Positions 20,825 to 32,364 are shown, counted from the stretch's first letter. The stretch: DNA of 64,000 nt from Candidatus Geothermocultor quzhuomuensis (GCA_015711795.1 JACVJC010000006.1:198-64197), one strand, 5' to 3'. Numbers and translations: made by a program. The notes: generated by a model not told the origin, from the sequence alone.

Positions 20825-21175
20825 ATTGGTGTGGTGCAGGAGAGAAACAAGGAGCTGTCAGGAGTAGGTTCAAAGGATTGAAGAAATGAATTTCAATGGT
20901 GGGCTAAAGAGCCAAGGCTAATTATTCTCAAAAGTGAAATTTTATGGTAAAATAAAAAAACACTTCAAGTAGACTTCATTTTAGTTTTTATCCGCCTTCG
21001 CAGAGGATTAAGGCTTGTGTTTGTGGAGGGAGATGAAAGGGATACCCTTTGAAAAATTAATAAAGAAGGGTGTTAAAATAAATGTTTTAGTGGATTTCGC
21101 TTTGAAGGGCTAAGAAGTAGAGCATGAATTATACCCATCGAGTATCATATCTTTTTTGCCTTAGGTGGAAGCAAA

Positions 21176-21967
21176 GTGTCTAAAGGAAACTCAATTCTTA
21201 TTGCTCATATTTCAGACCCTCATGCTGGGTCTCAATATTTTGTCTCGAATTTAATGAGTCGAACAATTCAGGAGTTAAATGAGCTAGAACTTGATGCGGT
21301 TTTAGTTACAGGCGATTTAACTGACGAAGGTTTTCGTCAAGAGTTCAAGACAGCTAAAGCTTTTTTAGATCTCTTGAAATGCCCGAATTTAATGGTTGTT
21401 CCGGGAAACCATGATTCTCGACATGTTGGTTATCTTCATTTTGAAGAAATGTTTGGCTTGAGGAACAAATGCATGGATTTTGAAGGATTAACCATTGTTG
21501 GTCTTGATTCCAGCCAGCCAGACTTGGATGATGGAAGGATTGGGAGGGAAAGATATAACTGGATTCGAGAGGTTTTTAGTTTTAAGGATAATTTTAAAAT
21601 TGTTGCTCTTCACCATCATTTAATTCCAGTTCCTGGAACAGGACGGGAGAGGAATATTATTTATGATGCTGGTGATTTACTCGAAGTCCTTGTGAGATGT
21701 GGGGTAAATTTGGTTTTGTGTGGTCATAAACATGTGCCATATGTTTGGCGCCTTGAAGATTTACATATAATTAATGCTGGGACAGTCTCTTCTTTGAGGC
21801 TAAGGGGCTTTACCAAACCTTGTTACAATCTTATTGAATTAAGTGAGAAAAAGATGAGGGTTTATCGGAAATATCCTTTTGGAGTAAAGGAAGCGGTTTT
21901 AGAATTCCCGATAAAGAAAAGTCTCTCTTGTGACTTAAAAAAACCAATTCTTCGGGAGGTTGATTAA
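21176..21967 (+). CDS. Calcineurin-like metallophosphoesterase (CpdA-like)
   Basis: HISDPH, TGDLTD, PGNHD, LHHH, LCGHKH metal-binding motifs; overlaps the next gene by 8 nt. Confidence 0.9.
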   Translation: MSKGNSILIAHISDPHAGSQYFVSNLMSRTIQELNELELDAVLVTGDLTDEGFRQEFKTAKAFLDLLKCPNLMVVPGNHDSRHVGYLHFEEMFGLRNKCMDFEGLTIVGLDSSQPDLDDGRIGRERYNWIREVFSFKDNFKIVALHHHLIPVPGTGRERNIIYDAGDLLEVLVRCGVNLVLCGHKHVPYVWRLEDLHIINAGTVSSLRLRGFTKPCYNLIELSEKKMRVYRKYPFGVKEAVLEFPIKKSLSCDLKKPILREVD

Positions 21968-23318
21968 GATCGAAAAGGCTATTGCCTTAATTGATGGAGA
22001 ACATTATATCTCAGTGATCAAAGCGGCTCTTGAGGGGATAGAGAAGAACTTGGGTTACGAAATTTTAGCTGCCGTTTTGATTGGGGGAACCGAAAAGTTA
22101 TTGAGGGAGGATGACTTAAATGTCTTAGGCATTCCAATAATTCTTAATGCTGACCCTCTTCGGGGAATTCGGGAAGCAATTCAAAATTATCGTCCTAAGA
22201 TAGTCATTGATTTAAGCGATGAACCTATCTTGGGTTATCGGGAAAGATTCCAACTTGCTAGTCTCGTTTTAGCTTGGGGAGTTTCTTACTTAGGAGCTGA
22301 TTTTCGCTTTGACCCTCCTCGATACTATCAGTTAGCTAAGAAACCTTCTATCTCAATTATTGGCACGGGGAAAAGGGTGGGAAAAACGGCAATTTCCGCT
22401 TATACTGCTCGTCTTTTTAAAAAAATGGGGTTAGAGCCAATAGTTGTAGCCATGGGACGTGGCGGACCTGAAAAGCCAGAGATTTTGGAGGGAGATAAGA
22501 TTAAAATCAATCCTCAATTTCTTCTTCAAGCTAGCCAGGAGGGGAAGCATGCTGCTTCTGACTACTTCGAAGACGCATTGATGAGTCAAGTGAAAACCAT
22601 TGGCTGCCGAAGATGCGGAGGAGGAATTGCTGGTTCTCCTTTCATTACTAATGTTTTGTTAGGAGCTGAACTTGCTAATAAGCTAGAAGGGAAAATAATT
22701 ATTTTTGAGGGAAGTGGTGCTTCAATACCACCGGTGAAAACTGACCGAACCGTAATGGTTATTGGAGCCAATCAACCTATTGAATATATCGCAAGTTACA
22801 TGGGTCCTTATCGGCTAATCCTATCTCATTTAGTAATTTTAGCCATGTGTGAGGAGCCTATGGCCAATAGTGAGAAGATAAAGTCTTTTGAAGACCGGAT
22901 AAAGAAAATTAACAGCAGGTTAAAGGTAATAAGAACGATTTTCCGTCCTTACCCTCTTGAATCCTTAGAAGGCGAAAAGGTTTTTTTAGCTACGACTTCT
23001 TCTTCACTGGCTCGGGAGAAGATAAGAAGTTACCTTGAGGAGACTTTCAATTGTCAAGTCGTTGGTATTAGTAATAATCTTTCCAATCGCAAAATTCTCT
23101 CAGAGGAGCTTAAAGTTTATGAGGGGAAATACACCGTGCTTCTTACTGAGCTTAAAGCAGCAGCTGTTGATATAGTTACTAAAGTTGGCTTAGATTTAGG
23201 GGTCAGAGTAGTTTATGGTGATAATGTTCCAATTTGGGTTGGAGGGGATGATGATTTAGATGCTTCTCTTCTTTCTTTAGCCCAAGAAGCAGTAAAATCC
23301 TTTAGCCAAAGGAGATAA
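21960..23318 (+). CDS. cpgS: Cyclic 2,3-diphosphoglycerate synthetase
   Basis: ALIDGEHY, GTGKRVGKTAIS, GRGGP, HAASDYFED, GCRRCGGG.AG.PF.TNV, EGSGA..PP, LTELKAAAVD. Confidence 0.88.
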   Translation: MIKIEKAIALIDGEHYISVIKAALEGIEKNLGYEILAAVLIGGTEKLLREDDLNVLGIPIILNADPLRGIREAIQNYRPKIVIDLSDEPILGYRERFQLASLVLAWGVSYLGADFRFDPPRYYQLAKKPSISIIGTGKRVGKTAISAYTARLFKKMGLEPIVVAMGRGGPEKPEILEGDKIKINPQFLLQASQEGKHAASDYFEDALMSQVKTIGCRRCGGGIAGSPFITNVLLGAELANKLEGKIIIFEGSGASIPPVKTDRTVMVIGANQPIEYIASYMGPYRLILSHLVILAMCEEPMANSEKIKSFEDRIKKINSRLKVIRTIFRPYPLESLEGEKVFLATTSSSLAREKIRSYLEETFNCQVVGISNNLSNRKILSEELKVYEGKYTVLLTELKAAAVDIVTKVGLDLGVRVVYGDNVPIWVGGDDDLDASLLSLAQEAVKSFSQRR

Positions 23319-23319
23319 T

Positions 23320-24273
23320 GTGGAGGATAAATTTAAAATTAAGCGTATAATCATTAGTGGTGAGAAAAGTGGGCTTCCTTATTCTAAAGGTTTAATGGCT
23401 TCTTCAATTATGGCTACCGGCTTACCGCCTAGTCAGTCATATGAGGTAGCCAAACGAATTGAAAATTATCTAAGGGAAAATAAAATTTATTCTGTCACTA
23501 TTGACGAATTGCGGAAGATTGCTTACAATTTTCTTTTAACTGAAGTTGGGAAGGATTTTGCAGAAAAATATTTAAAGTGGCAGGCGCTAGTAGACCTAGA
23601 AAAACCTCTTATCATTTTAATCGGTGGAACTACAGGAGTAGGAAAATCAACAATCGCAACGGAAGTTGCTCATCGCTTAGGAATTACTAGGATAGTTTCT
23701 ACTGATGCCATTCGAGAAGTTATGCGAGCCATTTTCTCAAAAGAATTAATGCCTGCTCTTTATGAATCTTCATTTAATGCTTACAAGCTTTTAAGGACAC
23801 CTCTCCCTTCAAATATGGACCCTTTAATTGTTGGCTTTGGGGAGCAAACATCAGCGGTTGTAGTGGGAGTTAAGGCAATCATTGAAAGAGCAATTAAGGA
23901 AAGCTTAAATATGGTTATTGAAGGAATTCATATTGTTCCAGGCTTTATTGATTTTTACAAGGATTATAGTGAACGCTCTATCATTGTTCCCTTAATTATC
24001 ACGGTTGAAGAGGAGAACCTTCACCGAAGTCATTTTTATGTTCGAGAGATGGAAACTGAAGGCTTTAGACCCTTTGAAAAGTATCATCGAAATTTTGATA
24101 GTATTCGTAAACTAGGTAGGTATATAAGTAATTTGGCTAAGGAAAACAACATTTCTATCATTCCAAGCCACAATTTAGATACAACAGTTGCTTCTGTCTT
24201 GGAAGTTATTATTAATCATGTATTTTCTGTACCTGAAGTAATAGAGAAAACTAAAACTGTCTTTAGTAAGTGA
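23320..24273 (+). CDS. pgk2: 2-phosphoglycerate kinase (N-terminal ATP cone + P-loop)
   Basis: PYSKGLMA (ATP cone), IGGTTGVGKST, STDAIREVMR, IEGIHIVPG; adjacent to cpgS. Confidence 0.88.
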   Translation: MEDKFKIKRIIISGEKSGLPYSKGLMASSIMATGLPPSQSYEVAKRIENYLRENKIYSVTIDELRKIAYNFLLTEVGKDFAEKYLKWQALVDLEKPLIILIGGTTGVGKSTIATEVAHRLGITRIVSTDAIREVMRAIFSKELMPALYESSFNAYKLLRTPLPSNMDPLIVGFGEQTSAVVVGVKAIIERAIKESLNMVIEGIHIVPGFIDFYKDYSERSIIVPLIITVEEENLHRSHFYVREMETEGFRPFEKYHRNFDSIRKLGRYISNLAKENNISIIPSHNLDTTVASVLEVIINHVFSVPEVIEKTKTVFSK

Positions 24274-24287
24274 GAAAGGAGTGAGAA

Positions 24288-24938
24288 GTGAAGATTTTTA
24301 TTGATACAGCTAATCTTGAAAATATCAAGGAGATTAATTCTTGGGGAATCTTAAGTGGGGTGACAACCAATCCTACCTTAGCTGCTAAGGAGGGGAAAGA
24401 GTTTAGGTTATTAATTAAAGAGATTGCCCAAGTTGTTGATGGGCCAATTAGTGCTGAAGCAGTGGCCATGGAAAGGGATGAAATTGTTGAGGAAGCAAGG
24501 AGCCTTTCTCAAATTGCCCCTAACATCGTCATTAAGATTCCAATAATGCCTGAAGGTTTAGCAGCAACTAGGATTTTAAGTAGAGAAGGAATAAAGGTTA
24601 ATATGACTTTAGTTTTCTCTGTTAATCAGGCTCTTTTAGCCGCTCAAGTTGGAGCTTCCTATGTAAGCCCTTTTGTTGGACGAATCGATGATATTAGCTA
24701 CGATGGTATTTCAACTATCTCTGATATTGCTTTAGTCTACGGGAATTACGGAATTGAAACGCAAATCATCGCAGCTAGCATTCGTCACCCTTTACATGTA
24801 GTCGAAGCAGCCTTAGCTGGTGCTGATATTGCTACTGTCCCTTATGATGTCTTAAAGATGATGGTCAAGCATCCTTTAACTGACCGCGGTATTGAGAATT
24901 TCTTAAGAGATTGGGAAAAAATTAAAAATTTGAAGTAG
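24288..24938 (+). CDS. tal: Transaldolase (short Fsa/TalC type)
   Basis: [36 protein letters not shown]. Confidence 0.92.
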   Translation: MKIFIDTANLENIKEINSWGILSGVTTNPTLAAKEGKEFRLLIKEIAQVVDGPISAEAVAMERDEIVEEARSLSQIAPNIVIKIPIMPEGLAATRILSREGIKVNMTLVFSVNQALLAAQVGASYVSPFVGRIDDISYDGISTISDIALVYGNYGIETQIIAASIRHPLHVVEAALAGADIATVPYDVLKMMVKHPLTDRGIENFLRDWEKIKNLK

Positions 24939-24952
24939 TGAGGTGAAGATTT

Positions 24953-26284
24953 TTGGAAAGGACACAAACTTTAGAGAAAGGACAACTTGAAGAAAGAAAA
25001 TTAAGCGAGCTCCTTCCCTTAGCTGAAGAAATGGGTATTCCCAATGCAAAAAAGATGAAGAAGGGGGAACTTATTGAAGCAATTTTAAATGAGCAAAGTT
25101 TAAGAAATGAAGTGGCAGCAAAAAGGGAGCTAAATGAAGTGGCTAAGGTTCCTGAAGAAGTTTTATCCAAGAAAGGGATACTTGATATTTTACCTGAAGG
25201 ATACGGTTTCTTAAGAGTAAAAGGCTATCTTCCAAGTGAAGGTGATATTTATGTCTCGATGTCGCAGATAAGAAGGTTTAATCTTCGAAAGGGAGACGAA
25301 GTTATGGGTCAGGTTCGTCCACCAAAAGATAATGAAAAATACTTTGCTTTATTGAGAATCGAGGAAGTTAATGGTGATGAACCAGAAAAGGCTCGTTTGA
25401 GAACTCAGTTTGAGAATTTAACCCCTATCTATCCACGGGATCGATTTCGACTAGAAGTTATGGGATCTGAGGATATTGCCCCCAGAATAATGGATTTAAT
25501 TGCTCCCATCGGGAAAGGTCAAAGGGGCTTGGTCGTTTCTCCTCCTAAAGCTGGGAAGACTACTCTTTTAAAACAAATAGCCAATAGTATAACTCGAAAC
25601 AACCCTGAGGTTTGCTTAATTGTCCTTTTAGTTGATGAAAGACCAGAGGAGGTTACCGACTGGGAAAGAAGTGTTCAAGGTGAAGTGGTTAGTTCAACCT
25701 TTGACCAACCCTCAGAAAATCACATTCAAGTAGCTGAGCTTGTTTTAGAAAGAACTAAGCGGTTAGTGGAGCACAAGAAAGATGTGGTTATCTTATTAGA
25801 CAGTATTACCCGATTAGCTCGAGCCTACAACTTAACAGTCCCTCCAAGTGGTCGCATCTTATCGGGTGGTGTTGATTCCACTGCTTTATATCCCCCAAAA
25901 AGATTTTTTGGAGCTGCTCGGAATATTGAAAATGGGGGGAGTGTAACTATTTTAGCGACTGCTCTTATTGATACTGGTAGCCGAATGGATGAAGTTATTT
26001 ACGAAGAATTTAAAGGGACAGGAAACATGGAGGTTCATCTTGATAGAAAATTAGCTGACAAGAGAATCTTTCCAGCTATTGATATTGAAAAATCTGGAAC
26101 TAGAAAGGAAGAACTCCTAATGGATAACGAGGAAGCCCAAATGGTTTGGAAGTTAAGGCGTGTCCTTCATGCATTAGACCCAGCCCAAGCCTTAGAGCTT
26201 TTGATTGACAAACTCAAAGAAACTAAGACGAACCAAGAGTTTCTAACCCAAGTTCAGCGTTCTGCTTTACCCGAGAATTATTAA
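24953..26284 (+). CDS. rho: Transcription termination factor Rho
   Basis: [49 protein letters not shown]. Confidence 0.98.
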   Translation: MERTQTLEKGQLEERKLSELLPLAEEMGIPNAKKMKKGELIEAILNEQSLRNEVAAKRELNEVAKVPEEVLSKKGILDILPEGYGFLRVKGYLPSEGDIYVSMSQIRRFNLRKGDEVMGQVRPPKDNEKYFALLRIEEVNGDEPEKARLRTQFENLTPIYPRDRFRLEVMGSEDIAPRIMDLIAPIGKGQRGLVVSPPKAGKTTLLKQIANSITRNNPEVCLIVLLVDERPEEVTDWERSVQGEVVSSTFDQPSENHIQVAELVLERTKRLVEHKKDVVILLDSITRLARAYNLTVPPSGRILSGGVDSTALYPPKRFFGAARNIENGGSVTILATALIDTGSRMDEVIYEEFKGTGNMEVHLDRKLADKRIFPAIDIEKSGTRKEELLMDNEEAQMVWKLRRVLHALDPAQALELLIDKLKETKTNQEFLTQVQRSALPENY

Positions 26285-26340
26285 AGGAAAAGATAAGTGC
26301 TTTATAACAACTAACAGCTGTTTTACAGGAGGTGTAAGTC

Positions 26341-26628
26341 TTGAAAAAAGGTATCCATCCAGATTATGTTGAAGCAACGGTAACTTGTGCCTGTGGGGAA
26401 ACCTTTAAAACTCGTTCAACTAAACCCGTCATTAAAGTGGAGATTTGCTCGAAGTGCCATCCTTTTTTTACGGGAAAACAAAAGTTGGTTGACACAGCTG
26501 GAAGGGTTCAACGTTTCCAGAAAAAATATGGTTTACTTTCTGAGAGTGAAGAAAGCGAGGATTCGGAAAAGATAGCGGAGAAAGGGAAAGAAATTGAAGA
26601 AGCTTCAAAGGACTTATTTCAAGAGTAA
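26341..26628 (+). CDS. rpmE: 50S ribosomal protein L31 (zinc-binding type) with acidic C-terminal tail
   Basis: [29 protein letters not shown]. Confidence 0.95.
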   Translation: MKKGIHPDYVEATVTCACGETFKTRSTKPVIKVEICSKCHPFFTGKQKLVDTAGRVQRFQKKYGLLSESEESEDSEKIAEKGKEIEEASKDLFQE

Positions 26629-26630
26629 AT

Positions 26631-27602
26631 TTGAGCGCAGCAAAGGTAGTTAAATCTGGTAGTCAGATTTTCATTCCAACTTATTCAGGTGAAGAAATGC
26701 AAATTGGTGGCTCAGCGGTTTTAGAAGGTGTAATGATGCGAGGGGAAAAACACTGGGTAGTTTCTGTTCGCCAATCCGATAAAAAAATTGTCACCCAAGA
26801 AAAGCAAATCAATTCCTTTCTTGACCCTTACTCCATTTTTAGGTTTCCAATTTTTCGAGGAATTAAAGTTCTCGTAGATACGCTTATTTTAAGTTATCAA
26901 GCTTTGAGTTTCTCGGCTGAGGTTGTAGGAGGGGAAGGAATTACTATCTCAAAAAGGGACATGTTTTTTAGCTTTTTAATCGCTTTTTTGCTTATTACTT
27001 TTCTTTTCATTGTTCTCCCAACTTCAATTCTTCGCTTTGGGGAGAACTATTTTGGATTCTTGAAAAATGTTTTTATTCTCAACTTAATTGAGGGGCTATT
27101 AAGAGTTGGATTATTCCTTATTTACCTTGGGGGAATATCTTTAATTGAAGATATAAGGAGAGTTTTTGAATATCATGGGGCAGAACATATGGTTATTCAC
27201 ACTCACGAAGCTGGTGATGAACTGACACCTGAATCAGCTTCCCGGCATAGCCCCCTTCACCTTGGTTGTGGAACGAGCTTCATTCTTATTGTTTTATTTT
27301 TGATGATTTTTGTTTTTTCTTTTTTAGGTAGACCCTCACTTTTCTATCGAATCTTTCTTAGAATAGTTTTATTACCTTTATTAGCAGGGATTTCTTATGA
27401 GGTAATTAAGATATCCCGAAAATATGAGAGAAGTTTTATTGTCAAGGCGATAACCTTCCCTGGCTTGATGCTTCAAAAAGTGACGACCCGAAAGCCCTCA
27501 AAGGACCAGCTTGAAGTGGCTATTCATTCCTTGAAGCAGCTTCTAGCCTTGGAACTTAAATCTAGCTTAGGTGAAGGAAATGCTCAACTTGGAAAAGCTT
27601 AA
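26631..27602 (+). CDS. DUF1385 family membrane protein (putative metalloprotease)
   Basis: [27 protein letters not shown]; usual position between rpmE and prfA; alternative start ATG 26697. Confidence 0.88.
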   Translation: MSAAKVVKSGSQIFIPTYSGEEMQIGGSAVLEGVMMRGEKHWVVSVRQSDKKIVTQEKQINSFLDPYSIFRFPIFRGIKVLVDTLILSYQALSFSAEVVGGEGITISKRDMFFSFLIAFLLITFLFIVLPTSILRFGENYFGFLKNVFILNLIEGLLRVGLFLIYLGGISLIEDIRRVFEYHGAEHMVIHTHEAGDELTPESASRHSPLHLGCGTSFILIVLFLMIFVFSFLGRPSLFYRIFLRIVLLPLLAGISYEVIKISRKYERSFIVKAITFPGLMLQKVTTRKPSKDQLEVAIHSLKQLLALELKSSLGEGNAQLGKA

Positions 27603-28650
27603 AGAAATTGAAAATAAATATGAAGAGGTATTAAAGAAACTAGCTGACCCTCAAATTATTTCTAATCCTAAAGAGTATCAAAGATATGCCCAACTCCATT
27701 CCCAAATGTCGGATTTGATTGAAGCAATTAAAAGATATAAAAATTTCCTTAAGGAAATTGATGAGGTTGAAGAAATGATTGCTAGGGAAAAAGAAGCAGA
27801 AATGGAAAAATTTCTCCGAGAGGAACTGGAGACCTTAAGGAGGGAGAAAGAAAGAGCTGAGAGCGATTTAAAAGAAAGGTTAATTGGGCGGGATACAAGA
27901 GATGAAAAAGATGTCATTATGGAAATAAGGGCTGGGGCTGGTGGCGAGGAAGCAAGTCTTTTTGGGGCAGACCTTTTTAGGATGTATGGAAAGTATGCAG
28001 AAAAACAAGGTTGGAAAACTGAAGTGATGAGTGTAAGCCCTTCTGATATGGGTGGATTTAAAGAAATTATTTTTGAGGTCAAAGGGAAAGGAGCATATAG
28101 TAAATTAAAATTTGAATCAGGTGTCCATAGAGTTCAAAGAATCCCTGTGACTGAATCGGGGGGAAGAATTCATACTTCAACTTCAACAGTGGCTGTTTTA
28201 CCTGAACCTGAAGAAATTGAGGTAGAGATAGACCCTAAAGATTTAAAGATTGAAACCTTTAGGGCAAGCGGTCCCGGAGGGCAGCATGTCAATGTAACTG
28301 ATTCAGCCGTTAGGATTACTCATCTTCCGACTGGGATTGTTGCTCAGTGTCAGGAGGAACGTTCCCAAATACAAAATCGAGAAAAAGCAATGAAAATTTT
28401 GCTTGCTCGTCTTTATGAAAAATTTCAGCGTGAGCAGGAAGAAGAGATTGCTCAAGCGAGAAGGAGTCAGGTGGGAAGGGGAGAGAGAAGTGAAAAAATT
28501 AGAACTTACAATTTTCCTCAAAACCGGGTAACTGACCACCGAATTGGCTTAACCCTTTACAATTTAGAGAGGGTTTTGGAAGGCGAAATCGATGAAATAA
28601 TTGAGGCTTTAGCCTCGGCTGATAAAGCTGAAAAGCTAAAAAGCTTGTGA
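27580..28650 (+). CDS. prfA: Peptide chain release factor 1
   Basis: [40 protein letters not shown] (GGQ), RTYNFPQNR. Confidence 0.97.
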   Translation: MLNLEKLKEIENKYEEVLKKLADPQIISNPKEYQRYAQLHSQMSDLIEAIKRYKNFLKEIDEVEEMIAREKEAEMEKFLREELETLRREKERAESDLKERLIGRDTRDEKDVIMEIRAGAGGEEASLFGADLFRMYGKYAEKQGWKTEVMSVSPSDMGGFKEIIFEVKGKGAYSKLKFESGVHRVQRIPVTESGGRIHTSTSTVAVLPEPEEIEVEIDPKDLKIETFRASGPGGQHVNVTDSAVRITHLPTGIVAQCQEERSQIQNREKAMKILLARLYEKFQREQEEEIAQARRSQVGRGERSEKIRTYNFPQNRVTDHRIGLTLYNLERVLEGEIDEIIEALASADKAEKLKSL

Positions 28651-29005
28651 TAGCGCCGAAGCTTTGAAGGCTTGGAAGCAAAGCTAGTAAACAGTGAGCA
28701 AGGAGTGTACGGGGAGAAGGTCTTCCTTTGGAAATGGATTAAGGGGAGGGTAAAGTCAAAGACAAAAAATCAAATATTAAGATGACCCACTTGCTACCTG
28801 CCGCTAAGCTAAATCAGTAATTATCAGTTAATCGAGACTGAGAGAACAAACTTGGATTTAAATTGCCAATTTATTTAAGGAATAGGCTTTGGCAGGTGGG
28901 AGATTTGAGCATAGCTGATGGCGAGCAGGTAAAAATCCAATTATTTTTCCATTTTGATATGTATTTTTAATTTTTGGATTTGTTTAGCTTACTTGAAGGG
29001 GAAAG

Positions 29006-29860
29006 ATGAAGGTAAGGGAAGTATTAAACTGGTCAGCACGAGAGCTCGAGAAGGCGGAGATTTTTAATTCTTGGGAAGAGGCTCAAAATTTGCTTAAGGA
29101 TGTCTTGGGCCTTTCTCAAATTGACCTTTGGGCAAAAGATTTAAACCCAAAGATAGAATGGGAAAAGATGAGGACTTTAAAGAGTCTTCTTTCACTCCGC
29201 CAAAGAGGAATCCCTTTACCATTTTTAACACAAAAAGCATATTTTCGCTTTTTGAAGTTGAAAGTTAAGCCAGGTGTATTTATTCCTCGATCCGAGACTG
29301 AGATTTTAGTTGATGTGGTTATAAGCTTACTTTCTTCAAAACTTGAACCCAAAATCCTTGATTTAGGAACTGGTTCAGGGGCAATTGCTTTGAGTCTTGC
29401 CTCAGAAATTAAAGGAGCTTTTGTTTACGCCACTGATGTTAGCCAAGATGCTTTAAGGGTTGCTTTCTCCAATGCTAGCAGGCTTGGGCTTTCCGATAAG
29501 GTGTGTTTGATTGAAAGTGATCTTTTTGAAAATTTGGCTGACTTAAAGGGTAAGTTAGACTGCATTGTCTCTAACCCTCCTTATATTCCAAGTTGGCAGA
29601 TTGATTTTCTTCCTCGAGAAGTGAAAGAGTTTGAACCATTATCTTCACTTGATGGTGGTTATGACGGCCTTACTTTTTACCGAAAAATTATTAAACAAGC
29701 TCCTGATTTTTTAAAATCTGGGGGATTAATTGCTTTTGAAGTAGGATTAGGTCAAGCTCCTTTGGTCATTAATCTTCTTTCTGAAAAGATTTTTAAGAAA
29801 AAAAAGATTTTTAAGGACTACTCAGGGCGAGAAAGAATTGTAACTACTTTTTTAAGATGA
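29006..29860 (+). CDS. prmC: Release factor glutamine methyltransferase
   Basis: FIPRSETE, LDLGTGSG, SNPPY, ..LDGG.DGL. Confidence 0.95.
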   Translation: MKVREVLNWSARELEKAEIFNSWEEAQNLLKDVLGLSQIDLWAKDLNPKIEWEKMRTLKSLLSLRQRGIPLPFLTQKAYFRFLKLKVKPGVFIPRSETEILVDVVISLLSSKLEPKILDLGTGSGAIALSLASEIKGAFVYATDVSQDALRVAFSNASRLGLSDKVCLIESDLFENLADLKGKLDCIVSNPPYIPSWQIDFLPREVKEFEPLSSLDGGYDGLTFYRKIIKQAPDFLKSGGLIAFEVGLGQAPLVINLLSEKIFKKKKIFKDYSGRERIVTTFLR

Positions 29861-30498
29861 AAAAAATTTCAATTAAACCTCATAAATTTTCACCTAAGAT
29901 TATTTTAAAAGCAAAAGAGATATTAAAAGAAGGTGGTTTAGTTGCTTTCCCTACCGAAACGGTTTATGGATTGGCGTCAAGAGCTGACAATAAAAAAGCT
30001 GTTGAAAAAATTTTTTTGATTAAGGGAAGAGATTTCAATAAACCATTGACTCTTTTTATCTCTAGTCTTAAGGATTTGAATCTTTTGGTTAAAAAGGTTC
30101 CGCCTTGGGCAGAAAAAATAATTGAGCATTTTTGGCCAGGACCATTGACATTAGTTTTTGAAAAAAGCGAAGAAGTTCCATCTTTCGTGACTCGGGGGAA
30201 GAAAACGGTTGGTATTCGCTATCCTGACCACCCATTTTGCTTTGCCCTCACTAGTTATTGCCCTTTTTTTCTTGCAGTAACCAGCGCAAATATTTCTAGC
30301 AGGAAAAGTCCTTTCTCAGCTCAAGGAGTTGAAAAGGAGATAGGCAATAAAATTGACCTTTTAATTGATGGTGGCAAAACTTCTTTAAAAGTTGAATCGA
30401 CTGTACTTGATTTGACCCAATATCCACCTTTGGTTTTGAGGGAAGGTGCTCTTTCAGTCGAAGAAATTGAGAGAGTTACCCCTTTACAGGAACTCTAG
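29857..30498 (+). CDS. tsaC: Threonylcarbamoyl-AMP synthase (YrdC/Sua5 short form)
   Basis: VAFPTETVYGL, KGR..NKPL, WPGPLTLV, TSANIS. Confidence 0.94.
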   Translation: MKKISIKPHKFSPKIILKAKEILKEGGLVAFPTETVYGLASRADNKKAVEKIFLIKGRDFNKPLTLFISSLKDLNLLVKKVPPWAEKIIEHFWPGPLTLVFEKSEEVPSFVTRGKKTVGIRYPDHPFCFALTSYCPFFLAVTSANISSRKSPFSAQGVEKEIGNKIDLLIDGGKTSLKVESTVLDLTQYPPLVLREGALSVEEIERVTPLQEL

Positions 30499-30618
30499 CC
30501 TAGAAAGTAAGGTGGTAAAGAGAAAACTTTTTCAAAAATTATTTTTAAATAGCTTATCTCTTAAATAAAAAATTGGTATCATCAAAGGAAAGGGAGAAGC
30601 GAAACGGGGTGGCTCCTT

Positions 30619-31071
30619 TTGAGAATTGCAATCGGTTCTGACCATGCTGGTTTTTCTCTTAAAGAGGAATTAAAAGAGTTTTTAATTAAAAAAGGTTACC
30701 AAGTAAAAGATGTGGGAGCTTTTAGCGATGATTCTGTCGACTATCCTGAATTTTCAGAGAAAGTAGCTGTTCTTGTTAGTCAAAAAAAGGCAGATAGGGG
30801 AATTGTTATTTGTGGCACAGGGATTGGGGTTTCTATTGTTGCCAATAAAGTTCCAGGAGTGAGAGCAGCCTTGTGCCAAAATGTTTTTACTGCTCGCTAT
30901 AGTAGGAGGCACAACGATTCTAATGTTCTTGCTTTGGGAGCGCGGGTGGTGGAGTTGACCCAAGCCAAAAAAATTATTATTACTTGGTTAACTACATCCT
31001 TTGAAGGTGGTCGCCATGAAAGGCGAGTGAAACAGATAAAAAAGATTGAAGATAAGTATTTGAAGTGCTAA
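30619..31071 (+). CDS. rpiB: Ribose-5-phosphate isomerase B
   Basis: IGSDHAG, DYP, ICGTGIG, ANKVPG.RAA, HNDSNVL, FEGGRH. Confidence 0.95.
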   Translation: MRIAIGSDHAGFSLKEELKEFLIKKGYQVKDVGAFSDDSVDYPEFSEKVAVLVSQKKADRGIVICGTGIGVSIVANKVPGVRAALCQNVFTARYSRRHNDSNVLALGARVVELTQAKKIIITWLTTSFEGGRHERRVKQIKKIEDKYLKC

Positions 31072-31086
31072 AAAAGAAGGCTGGAG

Positions 31087-32364
31087 ATGGAGGAAGAGGC
31101 GATTAAAGAAACAAAAATGGGGAAAAGTTTAAAAGATTTTGACCCTGAAATAGCTTCCTTAATTGAAGAAGAATTAAATCGGCAAAGGCAAACTTTAGTT
31201 TTAATTGCTTCAGAAAATTATGTGAGCCAAGCAGTTCTTGAGGCTCAAGGTTCTGTTTTAACTAACAAATATGCTGAAGGATATCCAGGGAAGCGCTACT
31301 ATGGCGGCTGTGAGTTTGTTGATGAGATTGAAAAGATTGCTCAAATAAGGGCAAAAAGACTTTTTGGAGCCGAATATGTCAATGTCCAACCTCATTCAGG
31401 AGCTCAAGCTAATATGGCAGCTTATTTTGCTCTTCTTGAGGTTGGCGATAAAGTTATGGGGCTTGATTTAATCCAGGGTGGGCATCTTACCCATGGGAGT
31501 CCAGTGAACTTCTCGGGCAAACTTTATTCTTTTATTCCATACGGGGTGAGTCCTAAAACAGAACTTCTTGATTATGATTTAATTAGGGATTTAGCTAAGA
31601 AACATCGACCAAAGCTCATATTAACGGGGGCTACTGCCTATCCGAGGATAATTGATTTTAAGGCTTTTAGAGAGATCGCCGATGAAGTGGGAGCTTACTT
31701 TATGGCTGATATTGCTCATATTGCAGGGTTAGTTGCTGCTGGTATCCATTTATCCCCAGTTCCCTTTGCTGATGTGGTTACTTCAACAACCCATAAAACT
31801 TTGCGGGGACCGCGGAGCGGTTTTATTCTCTCTAAGGAAAGATACGCTCAAGCAATTGATAAAGCTGTTTTCCCTGGAATTCAAGGTGGGCCTTTGGTTC
31901 ATATAATTGCAGCTAAAGCTGTTGCTTTTAAAGAAGCGATGTCTCCTGAGTTTAAGGAGTATCAGAATCAAGTAGTTAAAAATGCTCGAGTTTTAGCTGA
32001 AACTTTGTCTAATGAAGGATTTCGAATTGTAACTGGTGGAACTGACACCCATCTTTTTTTAGTTGATTTAACTGACAAAGGAATAACAGGCAAAGAGGCT
32101 CAAGAAGCTTTAGGTGAGATGGGGATTGTAGTTAACAAAAATACCATTCCTTCGGAGAAGAGAAGCCCTTTTGTCACTAGTGGCTTGAGAATTGGGACAC
32201 CTGCTGTCACCTCGCGGGGGATGAAAGAGAAGGAAATGGAAAAGATTGGGCGGATGATTGCTCGTGGGCTAAATAATTTAGGCAATGAGGAAACTTATCG
32301 CTTTATTCAATTTGAGGTAAGAGAGTTGGCTGAAGCCTTCCCCTTATACCAGAGCCTTACTTAA
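31087..32364 (+). CDS. glyA: Serine hydroxymethyltransferase
   Basis: [46 protein letters not shown]. Confidence 0.97.
   Translation: MEEEAIKETKMGKSLKDFDPEIASLIEEELNRQRQTLVLIASENYVSQAVLEAQGSVLTNKYAEGYPGKRYYGGCEFVDEIEKIAQIRAKRLFGAEYVNVQPHSGAQANMAAYFALLEVGDKVMGLDLIQGGHLTHGSPVNFSGKLYSFIPYGVSPKTELLDYDLIRDLAKKHRPKLILTGATAYPRIIDFKAFREIADEVGAYFMADIAHIAGLVAAGIHLSPVPFADVVTSTTHKTLRGPRSGFILSKERYAQAIDKAVFPGIQGGPLVHIIAAKAVAFKEAMSPEFKEYQNQVVKNARVLAETLSNEGFRIVTGGTDTHLFLVDLTDKGITGKEAQEALGEMGIVVNKNTIPSEKRSPFVTSGLRIGTPAVTSRGMKEKEMEKIGRMIARGLNNLGNEETYRFIQFEVRELAEAFPLYQSLT

Noticed and set aside
21033-21113. 26-codon ORF MKGIPFEKLIKKGVKINVLVDFALKG with a GGAGG RBS
   Set aside because: Too short to support without homology or expression data.
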